A stretch of 64,000 nucleotides of DNA, taken from assembly GCF_036321535.1 (NCBI RefSeq), contig NC_087437.1, positions 19,594,001 through 19,658,000 on the forward strand, given 5' to 3'. Source of the DNA: Camelus dromedarius. Taxonomy: Eukaryota. Positions 60,201-64,000 of this stretch are shown piece after piece (within the stretch, counting starts at the first letter, position 1; each line of letters begins with the position of its first letter). The notes under the pieces are model-generated. The model was not told the origin of the DNA and searched no databases. It worked only from the letters and a program-made list of their open reading frames with translations. The translations under genes and the position numbers were made by a program.

Positions 60201-62119
60201 GTCTGCTCTTTGCTTGGTCCCTCTTCAAGGTCTTGCACCCGTTCATTCCACCCTGTGTCCGCGCATGGCTCCCTCCAGCACAGCAGCAGGTCAGGCTGAG
60301 GGTCTTACAAACAGTGGATCAGAGGACTGGAGGGCAAGGAGGAGGACATGAAGGACTGTGGTTTTCCCAGAGGCACAATGTCACTCTCTCTGTGCCTTTG
60401 GACACTCTCAGCTTGGTGTCTTGGGTCTGCGCATGCTGCTGGGTGGTCAGATGTCTTCACCCAGGCTTGGCCAGAAAGGACCCCTCTTCCCTTGTCCCTG
60501 GATCCCATGTCCTTCAGGTGACAGAAGCAGATCCCATGGAACAGAGGTTGACCACCGTCCAGTCCCTTGGGACCTGAAACCTCAGGCACGTGTTGGCTCC
60601 TCTTAACGATTCATCATGAGGGCTACTCCCATCCGCACTGTCATTCTTGCTTTCTCGTTGAGTTACTGCTGCAGGGGATTCGGTGATAGAGGGCATCAGA
60701 AATAAGGGCTCAGGGTGGACCCACAGGTCTGCCCACAGTGCCTCCTGCTCAGTGGACATTATCCAAGCAGGAACCAGAGGGAATTGGGGCAGGAATAGGA
60801 CCACTGGTTGGGCTCCTGGTATAGACCTCAGACCACAGGGGTAGGAGTGGCGCCAGATGATACTCACTCTCTAGCCCGCTCCCCAGGCAGGAGAGTAGGT
60901 GGCGAGCAGGATTTTCAGAAGTGAATGTCCCTGGAGTGGTCGCTCTGCTATTCTGCTTGGAGGACTTCTCAGGAACATGTGGGAAGTAGACTGGCCAGAG
61001 ATTTAGGATGCGAATCTTGGCCATCTCTCTTTTCAAGGAATGTAACTAATATAGTTTTCTCATTGCTGGATAGGACTGAGAAATGTAATATATTTGGAAA
61101 GCAGGTTGGAGTTCATCTGGGAAGAATAAATCAATTCTTCTTTAGCGTTTATATGTCTTTAAGGCTTAGACAATCTTTCAAGTTTATCAGAGAACAGGGT
61201 AAATGCTTCTTTCCAAAGCACACTGATAAAAATCGAAAGTCAAGGAACCACATTTGTAAAGGAAGCTGAAGCAAACAGATGGTCTCCAGGACCAATCAGC
61301 TCAGGTCCTGTTGGTACCACTGTTCTAAGTTAAATGAGCTGTTTAGCTGTTTGTCTGCTTTGTGCCAGGATCTATGCTTTGTGCTGAGAATACTGAGATG
61401 TTTAAGACACAAATTCCTTTTCTCAAGAGTTTCCCATATTGGGAAAAGGATATGAACTGGGGAATGGCAAGAAAATACAAAGAAAACCAAGTAAATGAAA
61501 CGATGAAGGGAAACATGGGATCCCAGAGGAGAGGAGGGACACTCAGCCCAGCCCAGGACAGGAGTCAGGAACATTTCCATGGAGATGCTCTGAGCCACCT
61601 GGGGAAGTGACTGTCTGTACTTTGCTGAGGGGACCTGTGATTGTTATTTGCAGGTCAGAGAACTATCCAGCTGAAGAGAGTCGGAACAACCTCCCCACAA
61701 GTCTGCCCTTGGCCCCTACACAGAGGCGCCAGGGGTGTCTGGTCAGTGTTTGAATTCTGAATGACCACGGCTAGGGCCAAGGACCTACATGGATGACCAG
61801 GATTAGTGGGCCAGAGGACAGAGGATAAATTAAGGATAGAAAGCCAAATTTATTCAGCAGCGAAGAGGGCAGGAGCAGGCCAAGAATGGTGGGCAGAGAG
61901 AAGATTGCAAGGTCAGGCACTGAAAGGAGCTGGCTGGAGTGGAGGTGGGAGTGTCTGCAATAACAACTATCAGGAAGCTGAGAACCACATTTGCTATGTA
62001 TGCAGCAAGGTGACTAGGAAAATGACTGGGACCAGAAAAAGATGGAGGGGAGATTGAATGGTAGTTCCATCAAAAACTCCAAAGGATGGGTTAAGTTTCA
62101 TGTAAAAAAAACTTTTTAA

Positions 62120-62216
62120 AAATTGAAGTATAGTCAGTTACAATGTGTCAATTTCTGGCATATAGCACAATGTCTCAGTCATGTATATACGTACATATAT
62201 TCGTTTTCATATTCTT
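62120..62216 (-). mobile_element. Short LINE-1 3' end, subfamily B
   Basis: ttgaagtatagtcagttacaatgtgtcaatttctgg is the same terminus as the 27505-28184 copy. TSD approximately aaaaaaaactttttaa / aaaaaacagtttctaa. Confidence 0.88.
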
Positions 62217-62487
62217 AAAAAACAGTTTCTAAGCATCAATTTTCAAACTCCTTAAACTTATAAAGATAACAGCTCCATGTAAAAAAATACTTTCTAAGCA
62301 TCAACTTTCAAAAACCCTTTAAACTTATAAAGACCTTATAAGATCTTGAGTTTCCAAAAGCAATTCCCAAATTTGAGAAAGTATTCCTTTATTTTGGAAC
62401 TTTTGCTAGTCTTGGAGGGACTGGTCAACAGCTGAGAATCATTGAACATAGGGCTCATTCTCCTCTGCCTTTTTCATTCTCCTAATG

Positions 62488-63650
62488 GCTTTATTGAGAT
62501 ATAATTGGCAGACAATAAACTACACATTTAAAATGTAAAAAATGGCAAGTCCTGCCATATGCACACAACCATGAAAGCATCACCACAGTCAATCCCGAGA
62601 GTTTCCTTACGCTGCCCACCCAGCTCCAGGCAGTCACTGGTCCTCATGCTGTCATTGCATGTTAGTTTACATTACTAGAGTTTTATACAAGTTGAGTCAT
62701 GCAGTATGTACTCTTTGTTTGTATGGGTTCTCTCAATCAGCAAAACTATTGTGAGAGTCTTTCATATTGTACATACCAAATGTTCATTCCATTTTATTGC
62801 TGACTAGTATTCCATTATATGGATAGACCATAATTTGCTATCCATTCACCTATTAATGGGCATTTGGGTCATTTCTAGTTTGAGGCTATAATGAATAAAG
62901 CTACTATGAACATTGGATGAGCACATGCACTCTTTTCTCTTGGATAAATGTCTAAGAATCCAATGTCTGGATCACACGATGAGTTAAGTTTGACTTCTTG
63001 CCAAAGTGTTTTTTAAAACCAGGATCATTTTTTTTTTTTGAGGGTGGGGAAGGGAAGTAATTAGGTTTATTTAATGATTATTTTAATAGAGGTGATGGGG
63101 ATTGAACCCAGGCCCTCATGCATGCTAGGCATGCACTCTACCACTGAGCTATACCCTCCCCCTTAAACCAGAATCATTTCTAAATGATTCTTCTATTTAC
63201 ATTCCTACCAGCAATGCATGAAAATTCTAGTTCTTTACCAATACTTGCCACAGTGAACATGTTTCATTTTAGCCCTTTTAATAGATGTGTAGCAGCATTT
63301 CTTTGTGATTTTAATATGCATTTCCTCAGTGACAAATGATGTTGACTTCTTTTTCATGTATTTCTTAGACATTTGTATATCCTTTTTGGTGAAGTGCCTG
63401 TTAAAATCTTTTGTCCATTTAAAATTTGTATTGTTTATTTTCTTCTTACTTTATATATTATAGACGCATATTCTTTATCAGCTGTATGGTTTGCAAATGT
63501 TCTTTCCCCAGGCTTTGCTTGTCTTTTAATTCTGTTAACAATGTCGGCAGACTTTTTCCTTGATGAAGTCCAATTTATTAATTTTTTCTTTTATAGACTG
63601 TGCTTTTGGTGTCATATCAAAGAAATATTTGCCTAACCCAAGGCAAAAGT
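62488..63650 (-). mobile_element. L1MB/MC-like LINE-1 3' portion, interrupted by a SINE
   Basis: gctttattgagatataatt...ttttattgctgactagtattccattatatggatag...cattcctaccagcaatg...ttggtgaagtgcctgttaaaatcttttg...gcctaacccaagg. Confidence 0.92.
63031..63162 (-). mobile_element. tRNA-Ala-derived SINE (Vic-1-like), long form
   Basis: gtaattaggtttattt...gaggtgatggggattgaacccaggccctcatgcatgctaggcatgcactctaccactgagctataccctccccc. 15-bp TSD aaaccaggatcattt / aaaccagaatcattt. Confidence 0.93.
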
Positions 63651-64000
63651 CTTATTTTAAGGAGTTTCTGGTGTTCGAGCCCGTCCAGAATTGAAGCTCA
63701 AATGCATTATTCAGGGAAAATCCCAAGTCTCTGATTTACTCCTATTTTCTCTGAAACAAAAGCATCCTCTTGAGACTTGCTTCATAGTCTGCATCAGCCT
63801 CTAGCGCTGTCACCTAGAATTATTGCCTCCCAGAGGCTCTGTTCTATTCCAGGTTATCAAAGGAGAGTGTTCTCTCATGAGGACTAGAACGGGGCCTTCA
63901 TAGGTCTTGCCTTTCTCTGCTGCCCCCTCCAGCCCACCCCTGTGGTCCTGATCAGTAGGGACATGTATCTCATAGCAGGAGGTAGGTTAAAGTCTAATGC

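Noticed and set aside
1..64000. The listed six-frame ORFs (60-178 aa) as protein-coding genes
   Set aside because: This is mammalian DNA. The ORFs overlap repeats or each other, and none resembles a protein I recognise other than decayed L1/L2 frames. No consistent exon chain is visible.
1..64000. A novel multi-gene or defence-type biological system
   Set aside because: There are no operons, intact enzymes, arrays or structured ncRNA loci. The content is explained by known repeat classes plus unique non-coding DNA.

Overview
This window is non-coding mammalian genomic DNA (intergenic or intronic), not prokaryotic. It is most likely from a camelid. That call is an inference from four copies of a tRNA-Ala(AGC)-derived SINE resembling camelid Vic-1 and from cetartiodactyl-type L1 3' ends. 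I find no credible protein-coding gene. The listed ORFs are short or spurious, or are decayed L1/L2 reading frames. A large part of the window is recognisable interspersed repeat. Lineage-level young insertions, several with intact target-site duplications (TSDs): L1 3' ends from two subfamilies, one L1 5'UTR/ORF1 fragment, the SINEs and two ERV1-like solo LTRs. Ancient eutherian repeats: MIR, L2, CR1/L3, L1M, MLT1/ERVL LTRs and the DNA transposons MER45A, MER20, MER94, MER91 and MER53. There are also microsatellites and short tandem duplications. A few repeat-free patches carry dense regulatory motifs: an inverted octamer pair next to a PAR-bZIP site, a CTCF motif, and G4/GC boxes. I see no evidence for a previously undescribed biological system. 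The findings are mostly retrotransposition mechanics and candidate cis-regulatory elements. Family names come from recalled consensus sequences, not a database search, and boundaries without TSDs are approximate.
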